From Candidatus Woesearchaeota archaeon (GTDB lineage Archaea > Nanobdellota > Nanobdellia > Woesearchaeales > BM511), in the NCBI GenBank assembly GCA_002867475.1, contig PKTL01000051.1, positions 4,640 to 68,639 of the forward strand: a stretch of 64,000 nucleotides of DNA. Reading direction: 5' to 3'. The stretch's first letter is position 1. Every line of letters begins with the position of its first letter. The position numbers and the translations under genes were made by a program. The notes beneath the pieces are model-generated. The model saw nothing but the letters and a program-made list of their open reading frames with translations, was not told the origin of the DNA and made no database searches. Shown one piece after another: positions 38,281-48,621 of this stretch.

Positions 38281-39364
38281 TATTTAATAAAAACATTTAA
38301 ATATTAATTTGATATACATCATTTTATGAAAATAAAAGTATTGAATCAAGGCTCAGATGGGCAGATCAGACTTGAATCTAAAGGAACTATCAAAGAAGTT
38401 ATGATAAATGAAGACTTCTTCCATCCTGAAGATGAGACAATCGCAATTGGTTTCAAAGGAAGAAACACAAGCGGATTAATAGAGTTCACTTCAAAGGAAC
38501 TTGAAGAATTATTGAAAGAAGTGAAGAAAAGAACCCATCTGATAAAAGATTTCAAGGTATTGAAGGAATAAATTTAATTAGTGATATGAAAAGAGGTTTT
38601 TCTATGGCAATCCACGCATATGTATTAAAAAAAGATGTTGATTTTCTTAGAGAAAATAATTTTTTGATAAGAGGAAGAGCTGGTCACACAGCATCTGACA
38701 GATTCAAAAATGAACTTGATAAAGAAATATTTCAAGCTACTATATCAGATATTGATAACTTTGATAAATTAAGATCAAGATTCACGCTTGTGGAACTTAT
38801 TGATAATGAAGGCTTTATAGATATTAAAGGAGATAATAAATACAGAGATATGCTTGATATGCACAATAATATTGTGCCAGGATATAAAAAATATACATCC
38901 AATCCAAAACCAAGTTTACTTATCTCTACAAATCAAAAAGAGATACCAATCTATGCTAATTTGAACAAGCAAAATACTATAGTCCAAAGAATATTTCATG
39001 CTTATCTAATATCTCTAAGTCGTGATGAAAATTCTAAACCCTTATTAATCTATGAAAAAGGAACCTGGTAAAAATTATTTTCTTTCATAGAAATATGCGA
39101 TGAGTCCCATACAAGTTATCCCTATCGCTAGAAGTATAAGGCTTACTATGATTCCACTCTTATCATCTGAACCAAGTGAGTAGTTTAATTCCCTACCACC
39201 AACACCAATGGAAATCACACCTATTCCTGCAAGGATAAACCAGATGATAGCTTTGCCTAATTCTTTCAAATCCTTTTTTAGATCCTTGCTCATATAATAC
39301 CATATATTATTTTAGTTTAAAATATTATCTATAATGTAAGAAATATTTATATATCTTTGATTTC

Positions 39365-40642
39365 ATGATGTTGTTGATGAGAAAGATAATCCTCCTTATT
39401 TTATTGCTATTGATATCCTTATCGGTCAATGCTGCTTATGTTGATAAGCTAAATGGTGATGGTAAGTTCGATGACTCGGGCGATTTCAGCAGTTGGACTA
39501 TAACTAATGGTCTTGATGATGGAAACTTCATAACAAGCCCGGATACCACAACATATCTTGCCGGTGGAGGATCATTGCAAGCATTTTTGTCAGGAAACAA
39601 TAAGGACTTGAATCTGGATTATATAGAATATTCAGTGGCAGTAACTGGAGGTTATGATGTTATGTTGAACTTTTCATGGCGAAAAGGATATTCTTCATCA
39701 GCTCCAGCATATAATTATCTTTATATCAATATTATAAATCCTAGCTTAAGCGACCAAGAGGTATGGAGCGACCTTACTGGCACATATGACACTTGGACAA
39801 ACGAATCAATAAATCTTACTTCTTACTTTACAGCAACAGGAACATACACAATAAAGATAATCCCTGAGATGCATACCAATTCAGGAGATAGCGGCCAGGA
39901 ACAATATTCTTGGATAGATGAGCTTTTCTTGTACGTTGATGAACCAGATACTACAGCTCCAGCAACAGTTACAAGCCTTGGAGAAACTGACTATGATACT
40001 GATTGGATTCTTTGGAACTGGACAAATCCTGCGGATGGAGATTTTGATTATAACATAATATATATTGATGGGACTTGGGAAGCGAATACTTCAAATGAAT
40101 ATTATAATGTCACAGGACTTAGTTCTGGAACAACTTATAATATCACAATAAATACTATTGATACTACTGGAAATATAAATGATACTAATGTCACAGATGA
40201 AGCGACAACATCATCAGGTGCTGCAAGTGTCAGTTTCAGCGTTGCGTATCCATCAAGCGGTTGCTCAGAAAATTATGGATGTACTACTGGAAGCTGTACA
40301 GCATGCACCTATTGTCATTTCAATGCAAGCGTAAATACTATTAGCGATCTCAAATGTACAGGGCAAACTTCTGGTACAAGCTTTTGGACCATAACAAATG
40401 ATGGAGATATCTCAATGGATATAAACATAAGTATCAATCAGACATTGCCTGGAACAATTTCATTTAAGCTAGATACAGATAATGATCCAAGCGGTGCTAC
40501 TACAATAACAACAGCTTCACAACTTCTTTGCTCAAGTATTCCTACAAGCTCATCATGTACTTTATGGGGTTGGGCGGATTATGTTGCTGCAACTGCTCAA
40601 ACAACAGATAGAGATATGTTAATCAATGCAACCCAATCATAA
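39365..40642 (+). CDS. secreted surface protein, rich in N-glycosylation sequons
   Basis: Signal peptide; at least 15 N-x-S/T sequons; Ser/Thr-rich; Cys-rich C-terminal region. Confidence 0.5.
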   Translation: MMLLMRKIILLILLLLISLSVNAAYVDKLNGDGKFDDSGDFSSWTITNGLDDGNFITSPDTTTYLAGGGSLQAFLSGNNKDLNLDYIEYSVAVTGGYDVMLNFSWRKGYSSSAPAYNYLYINIINPSLSDQEVWSDLTGTYDTWTNESINLTSYFTATGTYTIKIIPEMHTNSGDSGQEQYSWIDELFLYVDEPDTTAPATVTSLGETDYDTDWILWNWTNPADGDFDYNIIYIDGTWEANTSNEYYNVTGLSSGTTYNITINTIDTTGNINDTNVTDEATTSSGAASVSFSVAYPSSGCSENYGCTTGSCTACTYCHFNASVNTISDLKCTGQTSGTSFWTITNDGDISMDINISINQTLPGTISFKLDTDNDPSGATTITTASQLLCSSIPTSSSCTLWGWADYVAATAQTTDRDMLINATQS

Positions 40643-40770
40643 AAATTTATAATTTGTAATTATTTTTTTTAATGAAAATTAATATCTACCTCTTTAATTT
40701 ATCAAAACATTTATATACTATTAAATTAAGAAATATGTAAACTTTAAAGTTAATTTAATTAACATAGAAG

Positions 40771-41289
40771 ATGGGTGTAAAAATGGTACGAAAAATAACA
40801 ATGATTTTTTTGGTTTTAGTGCTTATGCAATTCTCGTTTGCACTAACCGATACATATACGACAATAAGATTTGAAGTTACTTCTTCAACAAGTATGAGTG
40901 TTTCATACCAATCCCCATGCACGCAATCAAGTTTTGCATGTAGATGGAATGGAGGAACCATGACTGAGATAAACATAACTGCTAATGATGGTAGTGAATG
41001 TCAAAATGGTGCTGATTACGCTTTAAGGATTACAAATGATGGTACTATCCCAATAGATGTCGCTATGAATCTAAATGAGTCTACATCAGGAGTAACTTTG
41101 AAATATAGTACAGGTTCATATGATTATGCAGGAGCATCAACAATAACAACAACTTCAGCAGATACAACAACATCTTTAGGTGTTTCTTCTGACGCTGATT
41201 ATTGGTTCTGGTGTGATTTTTCAAATTTCAACTCAGGAGCTTCAGGTTATGTTGATTCATTGCTGTTCCATAACGCTACAGCAAGTTAA
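40771..41289 (+). CDS. secreted sequon-rich protein
   Basis: Signal peptide; Thr/Ser-rich; Cys pairs. Confidence 0.45.
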   Translation: MGVKMVRKITMIFLVLVLMQFSFALTDTYTTIRFEVTSSTSMSVSYQSPCTQSSFACRWNGGTMTEINITANDGSECQNGADYALRITNDGTIPIDVAMNLNESTSGVTLKYSTGSYDYAGASTITTTSADTTTSLGVSSDADYWFWCDFSNFNSGASGYVDSLLFHNATAS

Positions 41290-41346
41290 ATGATCTAAAG
41301 ATCATTTATATTTTATTTTTTTAAAATTTTTTGAAGGTGGGGTTTA

Positions 41347-42270
41347 ATGAAGAAAAAAAGGGTTCAAAAGAAAAAATTAGTTACAAAAAAAACTGATAAC
41401 AAAATTCTATATGCAATATCTGCAACAATAATAATTTTAACCATAATTCTATTGATATTTCAACAAACAGATTCAGATGAAGAAGAGATTACAGAGATAA
41501 ATTTAGATAACCTAGAAACTGGAGCTATCTCAAAAATTAGAGATCTTTATCAACCAGAAAGAGACAAATATGGAAAAGTTACTAATAGTAATATAGCAAT
41601 AAAAGATCTCATTGAAAAAGAATTACCTCCTTTACCTGAAGATTTCTGGAAAATAAAATATGCTTTTATCAATTATCAAGAAGATAAACAACTTTGTGAT
41701 ATAGAAGAGAAATATTACCTTCAACCTGAATGGATAGGACAACCAAGCAAATTTGTAGATATTCAGATTCCTTATTACAAGGAAGGTTTTGAAAAAACTA
41801 ATTGGTATAGGGAAGGTTATGGAGGTTACCCCGCAATACATAGGATAACCACTCAACCAGGTGAAGAATTTAGGATATGCACTTACATGTTTACAGGTTG
41901 GAGAGTTGAAACATACCAAGGTATAAATCTTGAACCAATAATGGTTGATAAGATAATCTGGGATGATAACTATGAAAATGTCATTCTTGATGAAGGGTCA
42001 AATTTTATAAGCATTAGTTTGGAAGAACCAGAATTCCTACTAGAACCGGTTTATCCCCTCTTTAAGGAAGGATGGATAAAAAAGGTTGTTATGACTGTTA
42101 AAATAGATGAAAATGCAAATATTGGAACTTATGGTTATAAGCTTAATGTTTTGACTCCAAGCATTGAAAACAGTGAAAAATGGGTTTCGGAATACAAAGA
42201 GCTATATGCTCACGCAAGTTTTGTATCAAGCAGCGTCCCAGCTTTCCAAGCGATTATAGATATCCAATAA
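41347..42270 (+). CDS. N-terminally membrane-anchored extracellular protein
   Basis: Lys-rich N-terminus then a TM helix; stop codon TAA overlaps the ATG of the next gene (TAATG). Confidence 0.45.
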   Translation: MKKKRVQKKKLVTKKTDNKILYAISATIIILTIILLIFQQTDSDEEEITEINLDNLETGAISKIRDLYQPERDKYGKVTNSNIAIKDLIEKELPPLPEDFWKIKYAFINYQEDKQLCDIEEKYYLQPEWIGQPSKFVDIQIPYYKEGFEKTNWYREGYGGYPAIHRITTQPGEEFRICTYMFTGWRVETYQGINLEPIMVDKIIWDDNYENVILDEGSNFISISLEEPEFLLEPVYPLFKEGWIKKVVMTVKIDENANIGTYGYKLNVLTPSIENSEKWVSEYKELYAHASFVSSSVPAFQAIIDIQ

Positions 42271-45200
42271 TGAGATTCTTTAAGATCTCCTTATTTTTCT
42301 TTTTATCTATAATATTACTAGTTGTTAGTGTATCTGCTATCAATACAGATATAAGATTTCATAATCTAAATATCACAGAATATTGTTCTGATTTTATATG
42401 CAATGGTGATGAGACCTGTGAGACCTGCCCCACAGATTGCGGAACTTGCTCTGTTAAAAAACCAAGTGGAGGAGGCGGTTCATCGATAACTGGATTTGTA
42501 GTTTCTGAAGATCCTATTGAAGAAGAAAATGAGATTGAAGAAAAAGAATATACCTTCTTCTCATTAGATAAGAATTACATAACTTCCATATTATTCATTG
42601 ACCATAATTATTCTGAAGAAGTCAATCTAAAAAACCTTCAAAATAAAAGTATCATATTAAACATTAACACTAAAGGAGATATTGAAGATATTTTGTCCTT
42701 AGAAAAACCCGATCTGATTCTTGAACCAAACCAAAACTATAGCTTAAAAATTGACCTACACCCTGATTCAAGTCTTATCCAAAAATCTTATTCTGGCGAA
42801 TTAGTATTTTCTGATGGGAAAAATAATAGTGAATCATTAAAATTAAACCTAGAATTAGTGGATAAAGAAAACCCGCCTTTACTCATAAGTTTTGAAGATA
42901 TTAATATCTCTACACCTAAAGATAATTACATATTAAATATTTATAATCCTCTCTCTAGTCTTTTGATTTTAAAGCTTGAAGGAGATATCATTGATTCAAA
43001 CACGAATCTTTCTGTACAGAAAATATATGATGAGATCCTTGTAGATTCATTCTATCCTTATGATATCACAATCAATTCTGCAGATGTTAACACTTCATAT
43101 CTTTTAGATCTTAAAGCAACCTATTTTATCAAGGATTCATTCATCGAACAAGAAATTGTTGAAGAATTACCACAGATTATTGAATCTATTCCTAAAGGAT
43201 CTTCTGATATGGTGGCATTTATATTACTTTTAATTATTATCCTGGCAGTTGTTGTTGGTAAATATTATTTTTCTTCACTTGCCCAACATGAAAAATCAAC
43301 TACTCAGATTACAGATTATAAACATAAAACTGACCAAGCTGATCATGTAATTAAAGAAGTTGCTAAATTACAACATGAAATTAAAAAATTGAAAGAAGAA
43401 AAAGAGAAAGAAGAAGAAAAACTGGCAAAGAAAATTGAAAAGCTTGAAAAAGAAAAAATTGATCATGATTATTTTATAAAATCAAAAATGGATTTGATTA
43501 AAGAAAAAGAAAAAGAATTTACCCATTTAAAATCAGAATTTGATATTGAAAAAGGAGAGCTTGAAAAGTTTAAAAAAGATTTATACCTTGAGAAGAAAAA
43601 TTTGGATATTGAAAAAGAGTTAACATCTAAAGACAAAGAAGCTTATGATAAATTAAAAGTGAGATCTGATAGGGAACTAAGAGATAGAGAGAACCATATT
43701 AAAAGTTTGGAAAAGGATTTTGAAAATAAGAATAAATCTATTGATAAAAAAATTAAAGAGATTGGCGAGCTTGAAATGGAGTTAAAGCTCAAACAAAAAG
43801 ATCTGGATTATGATGAACAAATTATTGATGAAAAAAAATCTGAGATCACTGATAAAAAATTAAGTATTGAAGATAAAGAGAAAAAAATTGATGATATTCT
43901 TGAAAATTATAAGAAGAAAGAGAAAGAGATTAGTGAAGCAGAAGAAGAAACCCTCAAACTCCAAAAAGAAGCCGAGAAAACAAAAACCGAAATAGAAAAA
44001 GAAAGACAAACCCTAGAACAAGAAAAAAACCAAGCAGAAGAAGATAAAAAAATTGAAGAATTAATTAAAAATACAATTGACAATTCTATAAATAACCTCC
44101 CCATAGATTCACAAATTAAAAGTGCTATCTCTAATATTGGAGAAAATGATCTTGTTGAAGAAAAAATCCATAAAGAAATAGATGAAAAATTAGATGAAAA
44201 TAATCTAAGTGAAAAAATTGAAAATAAAATCAACAAATCTATAGAATATCTTAACCTTAATCAAAAATTAGATGAATCCATAAATAATAATCCCCATATC
44301 AATGAAAAAATAGATAAACGAATTGAAAACTCAATCGAAGAAGTCCACATTCAAGAAAAAGTAAAAGAAGAAATCAACAACAACCACATAGATGAACAAA
44401 TCAAAAATTCGATTGAAAACGCACATATAAATAAAGAGATAGATGAAAAATTAAACAAGATCCTTACTGAAAATAACACAGATGAAAAAGTTGAAAATAA
44501 AATCAACAAATCAATAGAAGATCTAAATCTTAATCAAAAATTGAATGAAGCGATTGAAAAAAATAATATAAACGAAAAAATTGAAAATTCTATTAAAGAA
44601 GTTCATATTGAAGAAAAAATAAAAGATGCAATCAATAATAACCACATAGATGAACAAATCAGTGAGAAAATCAAAACTGCTATAGAAAATATTCATTTAG
44701 ATGAAAAAGTTGAAGGAAAAATAAATGAATCAATAAATAATAACCATATCGATGAAAAAATAGGTAAAGAAATTGAAAACTCAATTGAAGACGTCCATAT
44801 TGAAGAAAAAGTAAAAGAAGAAATCAATAATAACCACATAGATGAACAAATCAAAAATTCAATTGAAAACGCTCAAGTTAATGAAAAAGTTGAAAATGCA
44901 CTTAATGGTGCTATTGAAAATGCCCATATTGAAAGTAAAATAAAAAAAATTATTGATTCTGCTAAATTCGCTGTATCAATGAAAACTGATGAAGATATCA
45001 ATGGAACCCACAACATATTACCCAAAAATATGGTTGAAAATGAAGAAATATTAGAACCTTCACCAGAGCAAATCCAATCAAATATTGAATTAGCACCTCC
45101 TGTAGAAGAACCATTGATTGAAGAACCTAATGGAAAAGAATTGAATGATGATTTAGATCTTGATAGCGACCTAGATGATGATGACCTATTAAATGAAACA

Positions 45201-45608
45201 GCCCCAGTTCAAGAACCAACACCTCAAGAACCTGTTGTTGAACAACCAGTCGAACCACAAAAAATACCAACTTGGCAAGAGATAAAAGAAGAATATATCA
45301 AGATGGTATCTTCTGATGAAAAGATAAATTACCTTACTGAAAAAGAGTCTATTCTCCCAAATGAAGTCAATATAAAATTTGCACTAGGTATTGAATTCAA
45401 TAAGAAAAAAGATTATGCTAATGCTGAAAAGAAATATATTGAGACCTTAAACTTGACCCCTCATAACAACAAAATTCTCATATATCTTGGCAAAGTTCAA
45501 AAAGCTTTAGGTAAAAAAGATGAAGCAATTGCAAGCTTCAATAAAGTTCTTGAAACAGATCCAAATAATGAAGAAGCAAAAAATAACATCTCTAGCCTTC
45601 AGAATTGA
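42270..45608 (+). CDS. large surface/membrane protein: signal peptide, Cys-rich module, extracellular domain, TM helix, long coiled coil with tandem repeats, C-terminal TPR repeats (start revised from the track's 42180)
   Basis: MRFFKISLFFFLSIILLVVSVSA signal peptide begins at 42270; TM helix MVAFILLLIIILAVVVG; EK-rich heptads; repeated ...EEKVKEEINNNHIDEQIKNSIENA...; TPR-like C-terminus. Confidence 0.6.
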   Translation: MRFFKISLFFFLSIILLVVSVSAINTDIRFHNLNITEYCSDFICNGDETCETCPTDCGTCSVKKPSGGGGSSITGFVVSEDPIEEENEIEEKEYTFFSLDKNYITSILFIDHNYSEEVNLKNLQNKSIILNINTKGDIEDILSLEKPDLILEPNQNYSLKIDLHPDSSLIQKSYSGELVFSDGKNNSESLKLNLELVDKENPPLLISFEDINISTPKDNYILNIYNPLSSLLILKLEGDIIDSNTNLSVQKIYDEILVDSFYPYDITINSADVNTSYLLDLKATYFIKDSFIEQEIVEELPQIIESIPKGSSDMVAFILLLIIILAVVVGKYYFSSLAQHEKSTTQITDYKHKTDQADHVIKEVAKLQHEIKKLKEEKEKEEEKLAKKIEKLEKEKIDHDYFIKSKMDLIKEKEKEFTHLKSEFDIEKGELEKFKKDLYLEKKNLDIEKELTSKDKEAYDKLKVRSDRELRDRENHIKSLEKDFENKNKSIDKKIKEIGELEMELKLKQKDLDYDEQIIDEKKSEITDKKLSIEDKEKKIDDILENYKKKEKEISEAEEETLKLQKEAEKTKTEIEKERQTLEQEKNQAEEDKKIEELIKNTIDNSINNLPIDSQIKSAISNIGENDLVEEKIHKEIDEKLDENNLSEKIENKINKSIEYLNLNQKLDESINNNPHINEKIDKRIENSIEEVHIQEKVKEEINNNHIDEQIKNSIENAHINKEIDEKLNKILTENNTDEKVENKINKSIEDLNLNQKLNEAIEKNNINEKIENSIKEVHIEEKIKDAINNNHIDEQISEKIKTAIENIHLDEKVEGKINESINNNHIDEKIGKEIENSIEDVHIEEKVKEEINNNHIDEQIKNSIENAQVNEKVENALNGAIENAHIESKIKKIIDSAKFAVSMKTDEDINGTHNILPKNMVENEEILEPSPEQIQSNIELAPPVEEPLIEEPNGKELNDDLDLDSDLDDDDLLNETAPVQEPTPQEPVVEQPVEPQKIPTWQEIKEEYIKMVSSDEKINYLTEKESILPNEVNIKFALGIEFNKKKDYANAEKKYIETLNLTPHNNKILIYLGKVQKALGKKDEAIASFNKVLETDPNNEEAKNNISSLQN
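44290..44900 (+). repeat. intragenic tandem repeat array (period ~450 nt with ~75-nt sub-repeats) encoding the coiled-coil repeats
   Basis: Near-identical stretches, e.g. gaagaaaaagtaaaagaagaaatcaacaacaaccacatagatgaacaaatcaaaaattc, at ~44350 and ~44800. Confidence 0.5.
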
Positions 45609-45649
45609 TTTCAACAATCTTTTTATATAAGTACTGAATCAATATTTCT

Positions 45650-47545
45650 ATGGTAGAAGTAACTTTTCCAGACGGTAAGAAAAAAAAGTATGAAAAAGGA
45701 GTTACCGCACTTGATGTAGCTCAAAGTATCAGCGAAGGATTAGCACGAGAGATCGTCGCATGCGAGTTAGATGGCGAAACAAAAGACTTGACAACAACAC
45801 TGGAAAAGGACACAACAATAAATTTCTTGAAACCAAGCACTAAAGAAGGATTAGAAGTACTTAGGCACTCAACTGCTCACATAATGGCTGAAGCAGTGCT
45901 AAAAGTTAGACCAGATGCTAAAATGACAATTGGTCCAGTGATCGAAGACGGTTTCTTTTATGATTTTGATACAGAACCTTTCACTCCTGAAGATCTGACC
46001 AAGATTGAAGCAGAGATGAAAAAGATAGTGAAAGAAAAAAAGGTCTTCAAAAGGATTGAAGTCTCTAAAGCTGACGCTAAAAAAGAATTCAAGGGCAATA
46101 AGTACAAAGAAGAACTTATTGATGAATTGGAAGAAGGTACTGTAACAATCTATCAGCATGATGATTTTAAGGATCTTTGCCGTGGGCCACACATACAAAA
46201 TACTGGCCAAGCAAAGAACTTCAAAGCTATGAAAGTAGCAGCAGCATACTGGAGAGGAGACGCGAAAAACACTCAACTTCAAAGGATATACGGGACAGTC
46301 TTTGCAACAAAAGAAGACTTACAAAATTATATTACAAGAATTGAAGAAGCAGAAAAAAGAGACCATAGAAAACTTGGTAAAAAACTAGAACTTTTCAGCT
46401 TCCATGAAGAAGCACCTGGTTGTCCTTTCTGGCATCCTAAAGGTATGACTCTTAGAAGTGTTTTAACTGATTATTGGAGAAAAGAACACCAAAAAGAAGG
46501 TTATGTTGAGATCAACACACCAATCATATTGAACCGGAAGCTTTGGGAGACAAGCGGTCACTGGGAAAACTACAAAGAAAACATGTACACCACAAAAATT
46601 GATGGTGAAGATTTCGCAGTTAAACCTATGAATTGTCCTGGAGGAATGCTTCAATATAAGGAAAAAGTGCATTCATATAAGGAATTCCCTCTTCGAGTTG
46701 GTGAATTAGGACTTGTCCATAGACATGAACTTTCTGGAGCATTAAGCGGTCTTTTTAGAGTTAGAATGTTCACTCAAGACGATTCACACATATTCATGAC
46801 TCCCAATCAAATAACTGGAGAGATTGCAAGATTGATAAGATTTGTTGATAGGATATACAAGCAGTTTGGTTTTGAGTATCATGTTGAGCTTTCAACCAGA
46901 CCTGATAAATCGATTGGCTCTGATAAGCAATGGGAGCTTGCAACTAATGGTCTTAAAGACGGTATCAAAGCAGCAGGCCTAGATTATGAAATCAATGAAG
47001 GAGATGGAGCTTTTTACGGACCAAAAATTGATTTTCATATCAAAGATGCAATTGGTAGAACTTGGCAATGTGGAACTATCCAGCTTGACATGAGCCTTCC
47101 CGAAAGGTTCGATTTAACATATACTGGCGAAGATGGAAATAATGACCACAGGCCTGTAATGATACATAGAGTTATTTATGGAAGCTTTGAAAGATTCATT
47201 GGAATACTTATCGAGCATTACGCTGGAAAATTCCCTTTATGGCTTAGCCCAGTCCAAGTAAGAGTGTTAACTGTTGCTGATAGACATAAGGATTTTGCTG
47301 AAGAAGTAAAATTAAATTATGAGAAATCAGGACTTCGTGTTGAGATTGATAACAGGACTGAAACAATCGGCAAGAAAGTCAGAGAGGCTCAACTTGACCA
47401 AATAAACTATATCCTTGTCGTTGGTGATCAGGAAATCGAAAAACAAACAGTAACTGTAAGAACACGTAACAACGAAGTTGTTGGTCAAAAGGATGTTTCT
47501 AAATTCAGAGATGAACTCTTGAAAGAAGTAAATAAGAAAGAATAA
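45650..47545 (+). CDS. thrS: threonyl-tRNA synthetase
   Basis: TGS-like N-terminus, editing domain, class II core (FRVRMFTQDDSHIF), anticodon-binding domain. Confidence 0.9.
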   Translation: MVEVTFPDGKKKKYEKGVTALDVAQSISEGLAREIVACELDGETKDLTTTLEKDTTINFLKPSTKEGLEVLRHSTAHIMAEAVLKVRPDAKMTIGPVIEDGFFYDFDTEPFTPEDLTKIEAEMKKIVKEKKVFKRIEVSKADAKKEFKGNKYKEELIDELEEGTVTIYQHDDFKDLCRGPHIQNTGQAKNFKAMKVAAAYWRGDAKNTQLQRIYGTVFATKEDLQNYITRIEEAEKRDHRKLGKKLELFSFHEEAPGCPFWHPKGMTLRSVLTDYWRKEHQKEGYVEINTPIILNRKLWETSGHWENYKENMYTTKIDGEDFAVKPMNCPGGMLQYKEKVHSYKEFPLRVGELGLVHRHELSGALSGLFRVRMFTQDDSHIFMTPNQITGEIARLIRFVDRIYKQFGFEYHVELSTRPDKSIGSDKQWELATNGLKDGIKAAGLDYEINEGDGAFYGPKIDFHIKDAIGRTWQCGTIQLDMSLPERFDLTYTGEDGNNDHRPVMIHRVIYGSFERFIGILIEHYAGKFPLWLSPVQVRVLTVADRHKDFAEEVKLNYEKSGLRVEIDNRTETIGKKVREAQLDQINYILVVGDQEIEKQTVTVRTRNNEVVGQKDVSKFRDELLKEVNKKE

Positions 47546-47553
47546 ATTATAAA

Positions 47554-47973
47554 ATGTCTTTAAGAAATAATTTGATGAATGTTTTGATTGAACATTACGA
47601 TTTCTATGAAAAAGGATTATTATCAAAAGAAGTCAGTTCAGATTTTCAAGTTTATTCAAGACAACCTTGGTTACTCTTTGAATGTAAAGAGAATCCATCT
47701 CTTTCATTTCGAGCTCATGATCTAGAATTAGGGACTGAAGAAGCTGCGTATTGGCATAGTGTTGGTCAAAGAGAAAGAAGAGTGGAATTTGAAGGCTTTA
47801 AGAGCATTATCCCTTATAATACTAAGTTAAGAGGAATATTCAGGGTTCCAGGAGAACGTAGTGTTGGAATGAGCTCTTATGATAATAGATTAAATACTAT
47901 CAATAATGAATTAAAGGTTGTAGATCCTGCTTTTTTCGGGTTTGTATCTGATTGTGTAAGTGTATTAAAATAA
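47554..47973 (+). CDS. hypothetical protein
   Basis: 139-aa ORF lying 9 nt downstream of thrS. Confidence 0.35.
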   Translation: MSLRNNLMNVLIEHYDFYEKGLLSKEVSSDFQVYSRQPWLLFECKENPSLSFRAHDLELGTEEAAYWHSVGQRERRVEFEGFKSIIPYNTKLRGIFRVPGERSVGMSSYDNRLNTINNELKVVDPAFFGFVSDCVSVLK

Positions 47974-48048
47974 GAAATAATTTTTTTTTATTTTTATTAT
48001 ATTTATTTTTTAGTAAGCTTTATTTATATTAATTCAATTCTTTTTTTA

Positions 48049-48621
48049 ATGCAAAGATTTAGTGATTACTATGAATTTGATTTTTTAGAACGGATTAATA
48101 TTTATAGATATGAAAAAGAGAATAGAACAAAGCTGTATGTTACAGACAGTATAGATGATATATTTGAAAGCATCAATGGAAAACAAAAAGTAAAATATGG
48201 AAAGAATAATCTCATCCAGATTCATTTGCCAGGTTTTGCAAAAGTATTGATGGACACTAAAACTAAAGAGAAATTATTAATCACTAGTGATAAAAGATTG
48301 AATGATATGATAAAAAGATACAGAAAGATCATGCTGTTAGACTATGATGATATTGTCGAACCTTATGTTTCAACTTTATCTTGTTTTGAATTTCAGCAAG
48401 AGCCTCATATGACTCATAGATTTGCAATTAACACAAGTATAGAGAAAAAATTGTTTGAAAATGTTACTTCAGACAACATAACTTATATCCAAGACATGGT
48501 TTTTTCACATTGCATCAATGACCCACACCCTATTCTACAAACATATAATAGTCAGATAAGTGGTAAAAAAAAGAAAAAAGAAAAACCTCTTTTGGTTCTT
48601 AAAAAAGCCTTAGAGTTTTAA
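48049..48621 (+). CDS. hypothetical protein
   Basis: 190-aa ORF. Confidence 0.35.
   Translation: MQRFSDYYEFDFLERINIYRYEKENRTKLYVTDSIDDIFESINGKQKVKYGKNNLIQIHLPGFAKVLMDTKTKEKLLITSDKRLNDMIKRYRKIMLLDYDDIVEPYVSTLSCFEFQQEPHMTHRFAINTSIEKKLFENVTSDNITYIQDMVFSHCINDPHPILQTYNSQISGKKKKKEKPLLVLKKALEF

Noticed and set aside
42180-42269. Track start at 42180 for the giant surface protein, overlapping the preceding gene by 91 nt
   Set aside because: The in-frame Met at 42270 begins a canonical signal peptide and is coupled to the upstream stop (TAATG). The 30 upstream codons are read-through of the previous gene's 3' end.
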